Positions 55,036-64,000 of a DNA stretch of 64,000 nt are shown here, in pieces. The DNA is from a virus (lineage: Duplodnaviria; Caudoviricetes). Every line of letters starts with the position of its first letter. The first letter of the stretch is position 1. The stretch is from the IMG/VR virus record IMGVR_UViG_3300005611_000007, positions 32,001 to 96,000 of that record, one strand, 5' to 3'. A program made the translations under genes and the position numbers. The notes beneath the pieces are model-generated. The model was not told the origin of the DNA. It did not search any database and worked only from the letters and a program-made list of their open reading frames with translations.

Positions 55036-56019
55036 ATTATAACAGATAACATACCGGAGCAGATAAATGGAGTTGTCACTACCTACAAAAACATTGAACC
55101 GTATGCGTTACGCGATGGTTATACTATTGATTATATCCATCCCGGCCGGTACCGCTACATTGATCTCCCTTTCTATAACGAAGTCAAAGTTGCCATTCCG
55201 AGAGATATGGGACAAGAGATTCAGAAGATACGTCCAGATTATATCCACATCGCCACGGAAGGTCCTATCGGTGTGTTTGCTAGAAGGCATCTTGCAGTAT
55301 CTGGTCTTAGGTACAATACTGCTTACCATACTAAATTTCCTGAAGCTCTAAAGAAAATGCTACACATACCAGAGTTTATTACTTGGCCATTAATACGCTG
55401 GTTCCACGCAAAGTCAAACAAGGTATTAACAACTACGCCAAGCATGGTAAAACAACTACGAAGCAAAGGATTTGGCGATAATGTTGTACCTTGGACACGA
55501 GGCGTTGATAGAGATCAGTTCTTCCCCCTACAATATCGTTCAGAGCGTAAGGTGCCTGTGCTGTTATGTGTAAGCCGTGTAAGCGAAGAAAAGAACCTAG
55601 AAGAGTTTTATGAGATGGACTTTGGAGAGTGTGTAAAGGTACAGGTAGGTGATGGTACTATGCTTGAAACACACAAGAAAAAATATCCTGATGTTCAGTT
55701 CGTAGGAGCCAAGCGAGGAGCAGGACTTGTCCGCCATTATCAAGAAGCAGATGTATTTGTATTCCCAAGTCGCTGGGATACATTTGGTATTGTAATGATT
55801 GAAGCAATGGCGTGTGGTACACCTGTTGCGGCATATCCTACACAAGGACCTGTTGATGTTATTGAACAAGGTGTTACTGGATACATGGATGAAGATTTAG
55901 TAACAGCAACAAAACAAGCACTTACACTGGATCGCAACGCAGTTTATAATAACAGCACAAACTGGAGTTGGGAAGAAGCCTGGCATATTTTTAGAGATAA
56001 CTTGGTTAAGATAGTATAA
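55018..56019 (+). CDS. GT4 glycosyltransferase, Agt-like glycolipid synthase
   Basis: TD..P.Q.NGVVTT, HIATEGP.G, YHT.FPE, W.RGVD, DTFG.V..EA.ACGTPV. Confidence 0.85.
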   Translation: MSKKILIITDNIPEQINGVVTTYKNIEPYALRDGYTIDYIHPGRYRYIDLPFYNEVKVAIPRDMGQEIQKIRPDYIHIATEGPIGVFARRHLAVSGLRYNTAYHTKFPEALKKMLHIPEFITWPLIRWFHAKSNKVLTTTPSMVKQLRSKGFGDNVVPWTRGVDRDQFFPLQYRSERKVPVLLCVSRVSEEKNLEEFYEMDFGECVKVQVGDGTMLETHKKKYPDVQFVGAKRGAGLVRHYQEADVFVFPSRWDTFGIVMIEAMACGTPVAAYPTQGPVDVIEQGVTGYMDEDLVTATKQALTLDRNAVYNNSTNWSWEEAWHIFRDNLVKIV

Positions 56020-56081
56020 TGGTTAAAGAAAAGAAAGTATTAAACACAGCGTTGTTAGATGGCACGGTGATAGTTGTAAAT

Positions 56082-56537
56082 CTATTTCTCGTTAAAAAAC
56101 TCTCCTGACAAGATCTTCTCAACTTTTTCCATTTGTTTTTCAATGATAGGACCACGACCAGGCCAATGGATATACTCCTGGTTTTGTGTCCTATACAAAC
56201 TTGAAAGCAGCGGCATAACAATCTTTGCCATCTCATTCACTTTCTGATTGGCAACACTGTCTGCTAGTTGCTTTCGTTCTTCTACGATGGTATCATTATC
56301 ATATATCAAACTAAGTAATGTGTCAACTTTTTTTTCCATATTTCTTAAACTATCTAACTTTCTTTCAAGTCGTTGTTCAAGCGATGCCAAATCATCTTTA
56401 GCAGCAAGAGCGGGTTTATCTGCTCTGACCAAGTCTTCTTCTTCAATGACCTTCTTACGATATGTGTCCTCATCAACGGCTGTAAGACCAGAAGTCCATC
56501 CGGTCATATCCATATCGTCCCAAATATTCTTACTCAT
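56082..56537 (-). CDS. conserved T4-like protein downstream of gp43
   Basis: G.TAVDE, PLL..L...EYI.WP.R. Confidence 0.75.
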   Translation of the reverse strand: MSKNIWDDMDMTGWTSGLTAVDEDTYRKKVIEEEDLVRADKPALAAKDDLASLEQRLERKLDSLRNMEKKVDTLLSLIYDNDTIVEERKQLADSVANQKVNEMAKIVMPLLSSLYRTQNQEYIHWPGRGPIIEKQMEKVEKILSGEFFNEK

Positions 56538-59019
56538 GAAAGAAGTCCTCCAAGTTGTTTTGTTTCTCAGCATTCCAACCCATAGCATCAAGAATAATTT
56601 TGACTGGATCTAGAAAAGTTTTCTCAAGCTGAGTATCATAGTCAATATATTGTGCCAACTCAAACTCTTTTGGCAGGACGGTTACAAATCCCATAACATT
56701 TTCCATAATGGGATTTGGCATTTTCATATATAGAAACTTCATCTTGTTACCAGATTGGATCTGCTCATACTTACTAGTTAACTTATGTTTCTTCAATTGG
56801 TCATTGTATAATAGTGCAGCACGAACATGTATTGGCGTACCGGATTTATATAGACTTGAGCTATCTTCAAACTTTCGAACATCTGATACACCACGAGGGA
56901 AGGCGATTTCTTCTGGTGTTAGATCCATCCACTTTTCTCGTAACTCTTCAATCCATTTCTGAACTTCATCTTCACTTTGAGTTACCACCTTCTTCAGTGT
57001 ATCCATAATCAATTCTTTGACTATCTGCGGAGTAGAAGAACGAACGGCTTCAATACCAGTCACTTTCAACTTTGGTTCAGCAAATCTCACACCTTCACTG
57101 TCCCAAACATGTGCAATGTATCGTTTCTTCGCTGTCCAGATGGCTTTATCGGCGATGATTTCACGTTTCATCACCATCTTCTGTTGTGGTGCTTTCATAT
57201 AGTCAGCAAGTTGTTGATACCCTTTATCTAGATGTTTCTCAATTTCTCCTGATGCTTTGTTTAGAAAGTCTACGATCTTTGTCTTGTTTGTCTCATTTGG
57301 TAGTATCTTCTGTACCAATGGACTCATGTTGAGATACACAGAATCGGTATCAATCGCAATAACATAGTCTTCGTTAGTCTTCAGTATATTGTTTAGATAT
57401 TCATTAAGAATCTTCTCAGCCCATCTAATAGTAAACTGACCTGATACAGTTATTGCCTCTGCAACACGTTGATCAAAATATCTGAAATATTTATTTGCTA
57501 ACGCTCCATAGAAAGAGTTCATTGCAATCTTGATAGCCATCTGGTTGTTGTCGAGAATGGATATCTCTCGTTCAATACTTTTAGATTTTTCCTTCTCATA
57601 TCTCTGTTTTGCGTCTATCATATTTTGTTTGATAACAACTCTTTCATTGTAATATGATTGAATAACCTGTGGGATGATACCTTCTATGTCATTACGAAAC
57701 AACTGACCTGTAGCAGTAAGACACATTCCATTTGGTATATCTAAATCAGGCATCTCTAGTAGTTTATCAACGTTTACTCCAGATACAATATCATTTACTA
57801 CAGTCTCTGGACTCATATTGTATTGCATAATGAGATGTGGATAAAGTGAATTCAAATCAAAAGAAACTACCCAATTATGAAGACCTACCTGCGGATTTTT
57901 AACGTAACCACCTTCAATTGTATCATACCGTGAATCGGTCTTAGGTGGAACTACAATTTTTCTAGATTTGAACTCGTTATACAGTATAGCATCCCATATA
58001 CCAACAGTACCAAGAGTTTCTCCTAAAGAACATTTAGCGCGATAAGCCATGGTAAGTACTAAGTCAATCAGTCCTAACTTATCTTCAATCTTATCAACCA
58101 ACTCAACGTCTTTTACATTATACTCTACGAACTTTTGATAGTCATGCTTATATAGCATATGCAAAGAACCATACTCACTATAGTCTAATTTCTTCTCACC
58201 TAAAACTACATTAGCGATATGATCTAGTTTATAAGATTCTTGTTGTCCTAATGTATTAATTGTAAATTTTTTGAATAAATCAATATAGTCTAATTGCGTA
58301 ACACCAACTATGTTGAAACCAACATGTTGAACTCCGGCGATATATACGTTGTTTTCACGAACAAGTTTCCATGGTGACAGAGACTTCACCATATCCTCAC
58401 CAAAGATTCTTGCAATACGATTGACAAGATAAGGCACATCAAAAAACTCTGAATACCATCCAGTAAGAATATCTGGAACATGATCAGCCCAATAATCAAT
58501 GAAATCTAATAGCAGTTCTCTCTCGTTTTTGCATTTACGATAGAGAACAGACATTCCGCTTTTGTCTGGATTGAAGTCATATAATCCCCATGTGTGGTAG
58601 ATAGTACCATTATTATTTTTGATAGTAATGGTAATGATCTCATGTTTAGCATCACGTGGTTCTGGAAATCCGTCTTCTGATGCTACCTCAATATCGATTG
58701 TACAGATATTGATACGAGTACGATCATACTTGATTGTCTTAGGAAATGCGTCTGAAATGAATTGATGGACATAGTTGGTTGTTCCATACACCGTGAAGTT
58801 ATCTACATCGGCATACTTGTCCATAAACTCTTTACAATCTCTCATAGATCCAGGTTGTACAGAATCTACAGTACGTCCATCGAGAGTATTCCATGTACCC
58901 TTTGGTGATGGAATGTAAAGTGTTGGTTCAAACTTGACCTTCTTAGTAATCTGTGTCTTGTTATTGTAACCACGAAACAGAATCTGATTACCGTATCGAT
59001 CTACATTAGTGTAAAAAAT
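56530..59019 (-). CDS. 43: family B DNA polymerase (T4 gp43); probable ATT start
   Basis: DIEV, SFDLNSLYP, KIAMNSFYG, DTDS; start reassigned from SD spacing. Confidence 0.95.
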   Translation of the reverse strand: MFYTNVDRYGNQILFRGYNNKTQITKKVKFEPTLYIPSPKGTWNTLDGRTVDSVQPGSMRDCKEFMDKYADVDNFTVYGTTNYVHQFISDAFPKTIKYDRTRINICTIDIEVASEDGFPEPRDAKHEIITITIKNNNGTIYHTWGLYDFNPDKSGMSVLYRKCKNERELLLDFIDYWADHVPDILTGWYSEFFDVPYLVNRIARIFGEDMVKSLSPWKLVRENNVYIAGVQHVGFNIVGVTQLDYIDLFKKFTINTLGQQESYKLDHIANVVLGEKKLDYSEYGSLHMLYKHDYQKFVEYNVKDVELVDKIEDKLGLIDLVLTMAYRAKCSLGETLGTVGIWDAILYNEFKSRKIVVPPKTDSRYDTIEGGYVKNPQVGLHNWVVSFDLNSLYPHLIMQYNMSPETVVNDIVSGVNVDKLLEMPDLDIPNGMCLTATGQLFRNDIEGIIPQVIQSYYNERVVIKQNMIDAKQRYEKEKSKSIEREISILDNNQMAIKIAMNSFYGALANKYFRYFDQRVAEAITVSGQFTIRWAEKILNEYLNNILKTNEDYVIAIDTDSVYLNMSPLVQKILPNETNKTKIVDFLNKASGEIEKHLDKGYQQLADYMKAPQQKMVMKREIIADKAIWTAKKRYIAHVWDSEGVRFAEPKLKVTGIEAVRSSTPQIVKELIMDTLKKVVTQSEDEVQKWIEELREKWMDLTPEEIAFPRGVSDVRKFEDSSSLYKSGTPIHVRAALLYNDQLKKHKLTSKYEQIQSGNKMKFLYMKMPNPIMENVMGFVTVLPKEFELAQYIDYDTQLEKTFLDPVKIILDAMGWNAEKQNNLEDFFHE

Positions 59020-59032
59020 GATAAACCTCCTT

Positions 59033-59065
59033 AAAAAAATGGGAGAGCATTGATACTCTCCCATT
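59033..59065 (-). terminator. hairpin plus U-run overlapping the gp43 promoter
   Basis: AATGGGAGAG-8-CTCTCCCATT then more T. Confidence 0.7.
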
Positions 59066-59091
59066 ATAGTCTATGGAGTTATAGATGTCAA
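59063..59091 (-). promoter_or_regulatory. consensus sigma70 promoter for gp43
   Basis: TTGACA-17-TATAAT. Confidence 0.85.
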
Positions 59092-59180
59092 CTGAAAACT
59101 TTATTGACCCAACTTGCTCCGACGAAATAACCGAGTGCCATTACAAGCACTCCTACTGAGAAGATTAGTTGACCTTCCAT
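59088..59180 (-). CDS. 30-aa membrane peptide
   Basis: MEGQLIFSVGVLVMALGYFVGASW; TAATG coupling. Confidence 0.45.
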   Translation of the reverse strand: MEGQLIFSVGVLVMALGYFVGASWVNKVFS

Positions 59181-59344
59181 TAGATATATCCCTTCCTAGT
59201 ATAGATTGAGTAGTGTTGAGTATATCCGTTAGCGATAAGTTTCTGTCGTCTTTCGAGTTCAGCGTGATCCTTAGCGCCGCTTAGAAAATCTTCTTCCCAA
59301 CTGTATGAGAAAAACTTTTTTACCTTTGAAAATAACTTACTCAT
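59180..59344 (-). CDS. DUF3563-like small protein (54 aa)
   Basis: FLSGAKDHAELERRQK; translated by hand. Confidence 0.55.
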   Translation of the reverse strand: MSKLFSKVKKFFSYSWEEDFLSGAKDHAELERRQKLIANGYTQHYSIYTRKGYI

Positions 59345-59801
59345 TTAGTAACTGTGTTGCCTCCTTTGTCTCTTCTTTAGCCGTGTTAATGCTAACTTTC
59401 CTCGGCTTCTTATGGTCTGGAATGATGTTTTCGAGGAAGACCTTGAGCATTCCGTTGACAAGAGACGCATCCTTAACTTCGATTGTGTCAGCGAGGTTGA
59501 ACGTCCGTGAGAAGGCACGATTAGCAATCCCCTTATGTAAGAAGTTATCGTTATCGTCAGATGTCTTACCTGCAATCTTCAAGACATCGCCATCAATCTC
59601 AATTTCGATATCAGACTTAGAGAAACCAGCAACAGCAATCTCAACGATATATTTGTTCTCTTCGACCTTACGAATATTATAAGGCGGATACGATGGAACG
59701 TTCTTTGATAATGTATCGTTGAATTCATGAAGACGATCATGGATTCGATCGAAACCAACAAAGAATGGTGAATTTAATAGGGAAAGAATGTCTTTAGTCA
59801 T
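59337..59801 (-). CDS. small heat-shock protein (IbpA/Hsp20)
   Basis: VGFD, YPPYNI, AVAGF, HKGIA.R.F, NGML. Confidence 0.93.
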   Translation of the reverse strand: MTKDILSLLNSPFFVGFDRIHDRLHEFNDTLSKNVPSYPPYNIRKVEENKYIVEIAVAGFSKSDIEIEIDGDVLKIAGKTSDDNDNFLHKGIANRAFSRTFNLADTIEVKDASLVNGMLKVFLENIIPDHKKPRKVSINTAKEETKEATQLLNE

Positions 59802-59859
59802 CTTTTGACCTCCTAGTTTAGCAAGGTTATGTTGTGTGATACCCATTCGGCGTATCACA
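59799..59859 (-). ncRNA. ROSE-like RNA thermometer in the hsp20 5' UTR
   Basis: 8-bp 5' hairpin then CCUUGCU-AAACU-AGGAGG anti-SD hairpin. Confidence 0.65.
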
Positions 59860-59935
59860 ATTTTATTTAGTTTGGACTCTCCCAAAAGTCACACCACTTT
59901 ACCGTAACTCAGGTATGCAGGTGTCGCATATCTAT

Positions 59936-60397
59936 TCAATTTGAATTGCAGTTCACGTAGTTATTAACAACCTTACAATTGTAATTACTACTATTATTCT
60001 GTTGTCCAGTTTGACCATTAATAATGATAGGAGTCATCGTACCATCATAATTCCTCTGATACTGCCGACCATTCAATTCGTAGATCTTGTTAGAATTTTG
60101 ATCAATACGTTGACCATTACTATTAATCATATATGCATTGTTGTTAATGGCAGATCGATTGTCATATGGCATTCCTAGAGAATTACCAAACAAACCACCA
60201 AGCAACCCACCACCAAGTACACCACCGGCAGTAGCGAGCTTCTTGCCATTACCCTTGCCGATAAACTTGTTCGCAGCAAATCCACCACCAGCAGCTCCTA
60301 GAAGCCCACCAACGGTAGTACCAACTTGTGAAGTCTGACAAGCACTCACACTCAAACCTAGAACCGCAACAGCGGCAATCATTGACTTACGCATCAT
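59936..60397 (-). CDS. glycine-zipper lipoprotein
   Basis: lipobox VSA|C; G.G.GK.LATA.G..GG..G. Confidence 0.8.
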   Translation of the reverse strand: MMRKSMIAAVAVLGLSVSACQTSQVGTTVGGLLGAAGGGFAANKFIGKGNGKKLATAGGVLGGGLLGGLFGNSLGMPYDNRSAINNNAYMINSNGQRIDQNSNKIYELNGRQYQRNYDGTMTPIIINGQTGQQNNSSNYNCKVVNNYVNCNSN

Positions 60398-60439
60398 ATT
60401 TCTCCTTGTTTGCATCGTCACAAAGTCAACTTACTTTAC

Positions 60440-60481
60440 TAATATAATATCAGTCGTATTAAATGTCAACCCTTTTTTTCA
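60440..60481. repeat. 42-bp direct repeat copy 1 (contains a promoter)
   Basis: 40/42 identical to 61228..61269. Confidence 0.9.
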
Positions 60482-61171
60482 AAAATCGATATTTTCCTTT
60501 ACGAACAATTGTTCCATGTCATCATGATTAATACGAAATGCGGTGCCACGATTACGAATACCCTTACCAATCAAATTCTGTGTTCGCATACGAGTATCGA
60601 TGGAAATAAGATTATCTTCGATGGCAGTACGAAACCGATTCTTATCCGTCCCTACTAGATGGAATGCTTCATTATAATGAAAGTATTCCACACCTTTTCG
60701 CCACTCTACATCTGCAATTACTGACACACATGCAGGAAACTTCTTTGCAAACTGGTCAACTAGAGTATTCCAGCTCCACTTAACGATGACAGTATCATCA
60801 TGCACAACACTACAGTAGTCATCAGTGGTCTTGATAGATAGATCACGATTGTTAACAGTCTTAGTGATAGTGCAGTTTCCACTCATCTCTCCATCATGAG
60901 AGTTGCAAGGAAGACCATAGTTTGCAATATAATTTTCCTTAGATACAACCCATTCGCCTTCGAGACTGTATAGAGTTTGCTTTCCACCTGCACCACGTCG
61001 CCGCGCTTTCAACTCCTCTTCGTCAAGATCGGGAGCAGAAATACAATTCTCTTCTAGTCCCAACTCTTGCTCTAGCGTATGACCCACACCAGTGTTGCCT
61101 GCGCGCCGAGTCTTAATAAATCCCCGGTCACGAATTTTTGCTAAACTTCGTTTGAATGTTGAAAAATCCAT
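60479..61171 (-). CDS. MvaI/BcnI-family restriction-endonuclease-like protein
   Basis: GNTGVG.TLE..LG..EN....PD...ELKA; RNRGTAFR. Confidence 0.85.
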   Translation of the reverse strand: MDFSTFKRSLAKIRDRGFIKTRRAGNTGVGHTLEQELGLEENCISAPDLDEEELKARRRGAGGKQTLYSLEGEWVVSKENYIANYGLPCNSHDGEMSGNCTITKTVNNRDLSIKTTDDYCSVVHDDTVIVKWSWNTLVDQFAKKFPACVSVIADVEWRKGVEYFHYNEAFHLVGTDKNRFRTAIEDNLISIDTRMRTQNLIGKGIRNRGTAFRINHDDMEQLFVKENIDF

Positions 61172-61227
61172 CGATAACCTCGTTTCACATTAGAGAAAAA
61201 AAACCATCTCTTTCTCTTTCATATTTT

Positions 61228-61269
61228 TAATATAGTATCAGTTGTATTAAATGTCAACCCTTTTTTTCA
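61228..61269. repeat. 42-bp direct repeat copy 2 (contains a promoter)
   Basis: TTGACATTTAATAC..TATATT on the minus strand. Confidence 0.9.
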
Positions 61270-61541
61270 CTAATTTTGAGATTTTTTAACTTTTCTTCAA
61301 AAAGGTCCAATTGTAGACGTAGAAAGGAAATTTGCTTATGGGCCGAAAAAATCCCTTCTTCGTCATAACTTCCGTCGTGAAGATATTTGTGGGCATCCAA
61401 ATCTTGTTCTAATAGTTTCAATAACGATACAGCGGGAAATTCAATATCATTGCCATCAAGTCCAAACCAAACAGTGGTTTGAATATCACCAGTATCGTTT
61501 AACCACAAATCTGAATTAACTGTTAAAGATTTTGTATTCAT
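61254..61541 (-). CDS. hypothetical protein
   Basis: AAGGAG SD; 95 aa. Confidence 0.6.
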   Translation of the reverse strand: MNTKSLTVNSDLWLNDTGDIQTTVWFGLDGNDIEFPAVSLLKLLEQDLDAHKYLHDGSYDEEGIFSAHKQISFLRLQLDLFEEKLKNLKISEKKG

Positions 61542-61564
61542 AACAAAACACTCCTTTCAAGTTA

Positions 61565-61966
61565 TCACTTCTTTCTACCAATACTATACTTTGCCACTAA
61601 CTCCCATTCTTTTTTCTCTTTATAGGGGAGAATTTTAATCTGATTTAAAGGAGCTAGTGGATTTGTAGTCTTTGTAGAATCTACGAGTGTCACTAGGTCC
61701 CATTGTTCTAATAGATTGGCAATCGCATTACGTCTACCGATGTCTGACTCATTTTCGTTGAAGTCAGAAGGCTTACCGTCAAGTGCGAATAGTTCTTTGA
61801 AATGTACGATGAAGTATCTGCCTTGCTTGTGCAGAATATGACAGGACTGATATAACTTCTTATCTTTACGAGATGCTACACCAATACGTGTGAGTGTCTC
61901 TTTTACTTTTAGAAAGTCATCTTCATTTTTTAGATGTACTTCTATCATATTACTTAATTCGGTCAT
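61565..61966 (-). CDS. regA: translational repressor RegA
   Basis: DDFLKV.ETLTRIGVAS, LYQSCHILHK.G.Y.IVHFKELF. Confidence 0.95.
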   Translation of the reverse strand: MTELSNMIEVHLKNEDDFLKVKETLTRIGVASRKDKKLYQSCHILHKQGRYFIVHFKELFALDGKPSDFNENESDIGRRNAIANLLEQWDLVTLVDSTKTTNPLAPLNQIKILPYKEKKEWELVAKYSIGRKK

Positions 61967-62354
61967 TACTCATTCCACCTCTCATCAATTTTGTTTTTAT
62001 TGTTACTAGTTGTTCATTATCTAGAATTTTGAGTGCTTCCTTCGCCTTATTGACCGAGTATCCATAATAATCGATCACCGCTTGTAAGTCCTCGTCACCA
62101 GTATTCTTATGCCATTTCGAAAAGCGTTTACGTTTTCTCACAATATTTATTAGAAACGAATATTGTAGTAAATGATCTAGATGAGAGTTCATATTCATCA
62201 TATTAGCATACTGTACCGTATCTGGAAAGTATGATAGTGACTTATTAGTTAGATAAGGATTATAAGTTTTCTCCGCTAGTTCTGGGTTATCAGAATTGGT
62301 AATGATATCTTTCTTACCTAGATTGATATCGTTTACAAAATCAAATGGTTTCAT
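61950..62354 (-). CDS. 62: clamp loader small subunit (gp62)
   Basis: Y.PY..N..LS, RKRKRFSKW, YYGYS. Confidence 0.9.
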   Translation of the reverse strand: MKPFDFVNDINLGKKDIITNSDNPELAEKTYNPYLTNKSLSYFPDTVQYANMMNMNSHLDHLLQYSFLINIVRKRKRFSKWHKNTGDEDLQAVIDYYGYSVNKAKEALKILDNEQLVTIKTKLMRGGMSNDRIK

Positions 62355-63292
62355 GACCATTCGCAATCTGTCATGATTTCTAGTAGACAAGCAACGTTAT
62401 TGATTTCATGGTCAACAACAAAGGCTGCTTGATATTGATACTTAGCGAGTATCAACACCATCTGAGCAACACTCATTGGTTTCATCTTCTTGTTTGCATA
62501 ATCATATAGTTTACGAAACAGTGTAGAAGATTCGATGTCAGCATTATCAACAACCCATTTACGAATACCTGTGAAGTCTTGATTTTTCATCATAGAAACA
62601 AGAGAATCAAAAGATTCGTCACTTAGTGTAGTGAGAATGCCGACATCAATCTTACCTGTAACAGAGTATCGCTGAAGTTCGTTTAGAACACGTCGCCAAT
62701 CTGGCATATGTTTCATAATAAGTTCAGCGATAACTTTCTGATCAAACTCAACCCCCTTCATCTTGAGGATATTCTCAACACGCTTCATAAACTGAGAAGC
62801 AAGACCTGCTTTCTCTTTATTTGTCATAGTGAAGTCTACTACACTACACCGAGAATGAAGAGGTTCGATGATACGATTCTTGAAGTTACAGGTTAGAATG
62901 AACCCACAATTATTAGAGAACTCTTCCATAAAGTTACGAAGAGCAGGTTGAGTAGATTGTGGATTAAGATAGTCAGCCTCGTCTAGAATAACATATTTAC
63001 GACCACCTGTAAACGATACGGTAGAGGCAAACTGGCTGATTTCAGTTCTAAGAGTATCGATGTTACCCTTCATTGAACCATTGATGATGATGTAATCAAG
63101 ATCTAGTTCGTTCAGGAGTGCCCTAGCGACGGTTGTTTTACCGACGCCAGGACCACCTGTGAGAAGAAGATTTGGAACTTGATTTTTATCTACGAACGCT
63201 TGAAATACACTCTTCAAACGCTCTGGTAGAATACACTCTTTGATGCTGGGTGGACGATACTGTTCCACCCATAGATAATCACCCATTGACAT
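62351..63292 (-). CDS. 44: clamp loader large subunit (gp44)
   Basis: WVEQYRP, GPGVGKTT, DEAD, SRC. Confidence 0.95.
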   Translation of the reverse strand: MSMGDYLWVEQYRPPSIKECILPERLKSVFQAFVDKNQVPNLLLTGGPGVGKTTVARALLNELDLDYIIINGSMKGNIDTLRTEISQFASTVSFTGGRKYVILDEADYLNPQSTQPALRNFMEEFSNNCGFILTCNFKNRIIEPLHSRCSVVDFTMTNKEKAGLASQFMKRVENILKMKGVEFDQKVIAELIMKHMPDWRRVLNELQRYSVTGKIDVGILTTLSDESFDSLVSMMKNQDFTGIRKWVVDNADIESSTLFRKLYDYANKKMKPMSVAQMVLILAKYQYQAAFVVDHEINNVACLLEIMTDCEWS

Positions 63293-63307
63293 AATATAGA
63301 CCTTTCA

Positions 63308-63964
63308 TTAAGAGCGGGATTCAGTAGCAATAAAGTAAGTTACCCTCCCATCTCTTGTGCTAAACTTAGAGATTCCCTTACTAGAAATCTCTACATTGTA
63401 GTCTAACATCATCATCTTCATGTTGTCAACCTTAAAGACGTGTCGGAACTCACTTTCTGTCTTTCCAACCTTCTTAGTATAACGATTCATTGAAGAGTTC
63501 TTTGAGTCTCCAGCACCAACAACAATATTACCATCAACGCCTTCTACAATCACTTCTGGTAGACCAAGAACACGGGCTGCTTGAAGAACATCCTTTAGAT
63601 TGTCTTCGGTGAAAATAAAACTGGCATCTACGTCAGGTAGAGTCAATTCCTTTTCTGGCGGTGTTACAATCATCGATGGATCGGCATAACGATAATCAAT
63701 CGAAGTACCATTACCATCATTGATATTTGCAGAGTTATCGTTTAGTTCCAACTCTGGTTCTTCCATTAATGATACGGCAGAAAGGAACTGCCCAAGATCA
63801 TAGATACCAAATTGTCGTTCAAAGGTATCTTCGACCATTACTTCAGCAAGAACAGTCTTTTGTGGTGAGACTGTCTTGAGAACATTACCTTCCTTAAATA
63901 GAAGAGATTGGTTGATACTCGAAAAATTCTGTAGTACTTCAAGAGTCTGTTCAGATAGTTTCAT
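63308..63964 (-). CDS. 45: sliding clamp (gp45)
   Basis: MKLS..T..L.NFSSINQS, FGIYDL..FL. Confidence 0.93.
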   Translation of the reverse strand: MKLSEQTLEVLQNFSSINQSLLFKEGNVLKTVSPQKTVLAEVMVEDTFERQFGIYDLGQFLSAVSLMEEPELELNDNSANINDGNGTSIDYRYADPSMIVTPPEKELTLPDVDASFIFTEDNLKDVLQAARVLGLPEVIVEGVDGNIVVGAGDSKNSSMNRYTKKVGKTESEFRHVFKVDNMKMMMLDYNVEISSKGISKFSTRDGRVTYFIATESRS

Positions 63965-64000
63965 AATTTACCTCACTTTTTTGCATATTTAGAGAGTAAT

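Noticed and set aside
59020-59064. N-terminal extension MGEYQCSPIFLRRFI of gp43
   Set aside because: The ATG overlaps the -10 box, has no properly spaced SD, and spans a hairpin and the real SD

Overview
64 kb from a T4-like myovirus genome, AT-rich and almost entirely on the minus strand. The host is probably a marine or aquatic alphaproteobacterium (inferred from PlcP/Agt-like genes, a ROSE-like hsp20 leader, class II RNR and IscA). It holds the T4 replication core (gp45-44-62-regA-43, uvsX-40-41, gp61, RNase H), ThyX, NrdJ, PhoH, three tRNAs, a spanin/holin-like region, putative head-internal proteins, an 11-gene nucleotide-sugar/glycosyltransferase cluster, and many single-gene early cassettes that each carry a repeated sigma70 promoter. 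Best leads: (1) a late block of proteins with capsid-targeting-like N-termini and LxE cleavage sites, comprising a nuclease-like protein, an RNA-ligase-like protein and a 1149-aa HIGH-nucleotidyltransferase/P-loop-kinase polyprotein, possibly an injected RNA-repair or NAD-rescue kit; (2) a PlcP+Agt-like lipid-remodelling pair; (3) a complete tRNA-Pro nested in frame inside a protein gene; (4) a late three-gene secreted Cys-repeat/NIDO-like operon; (5) a probable AUU start for DNA polymerase; (6) a ROSE-like thermometer before hsp20. All family calls come from motif recognition by eye; no searches were run.
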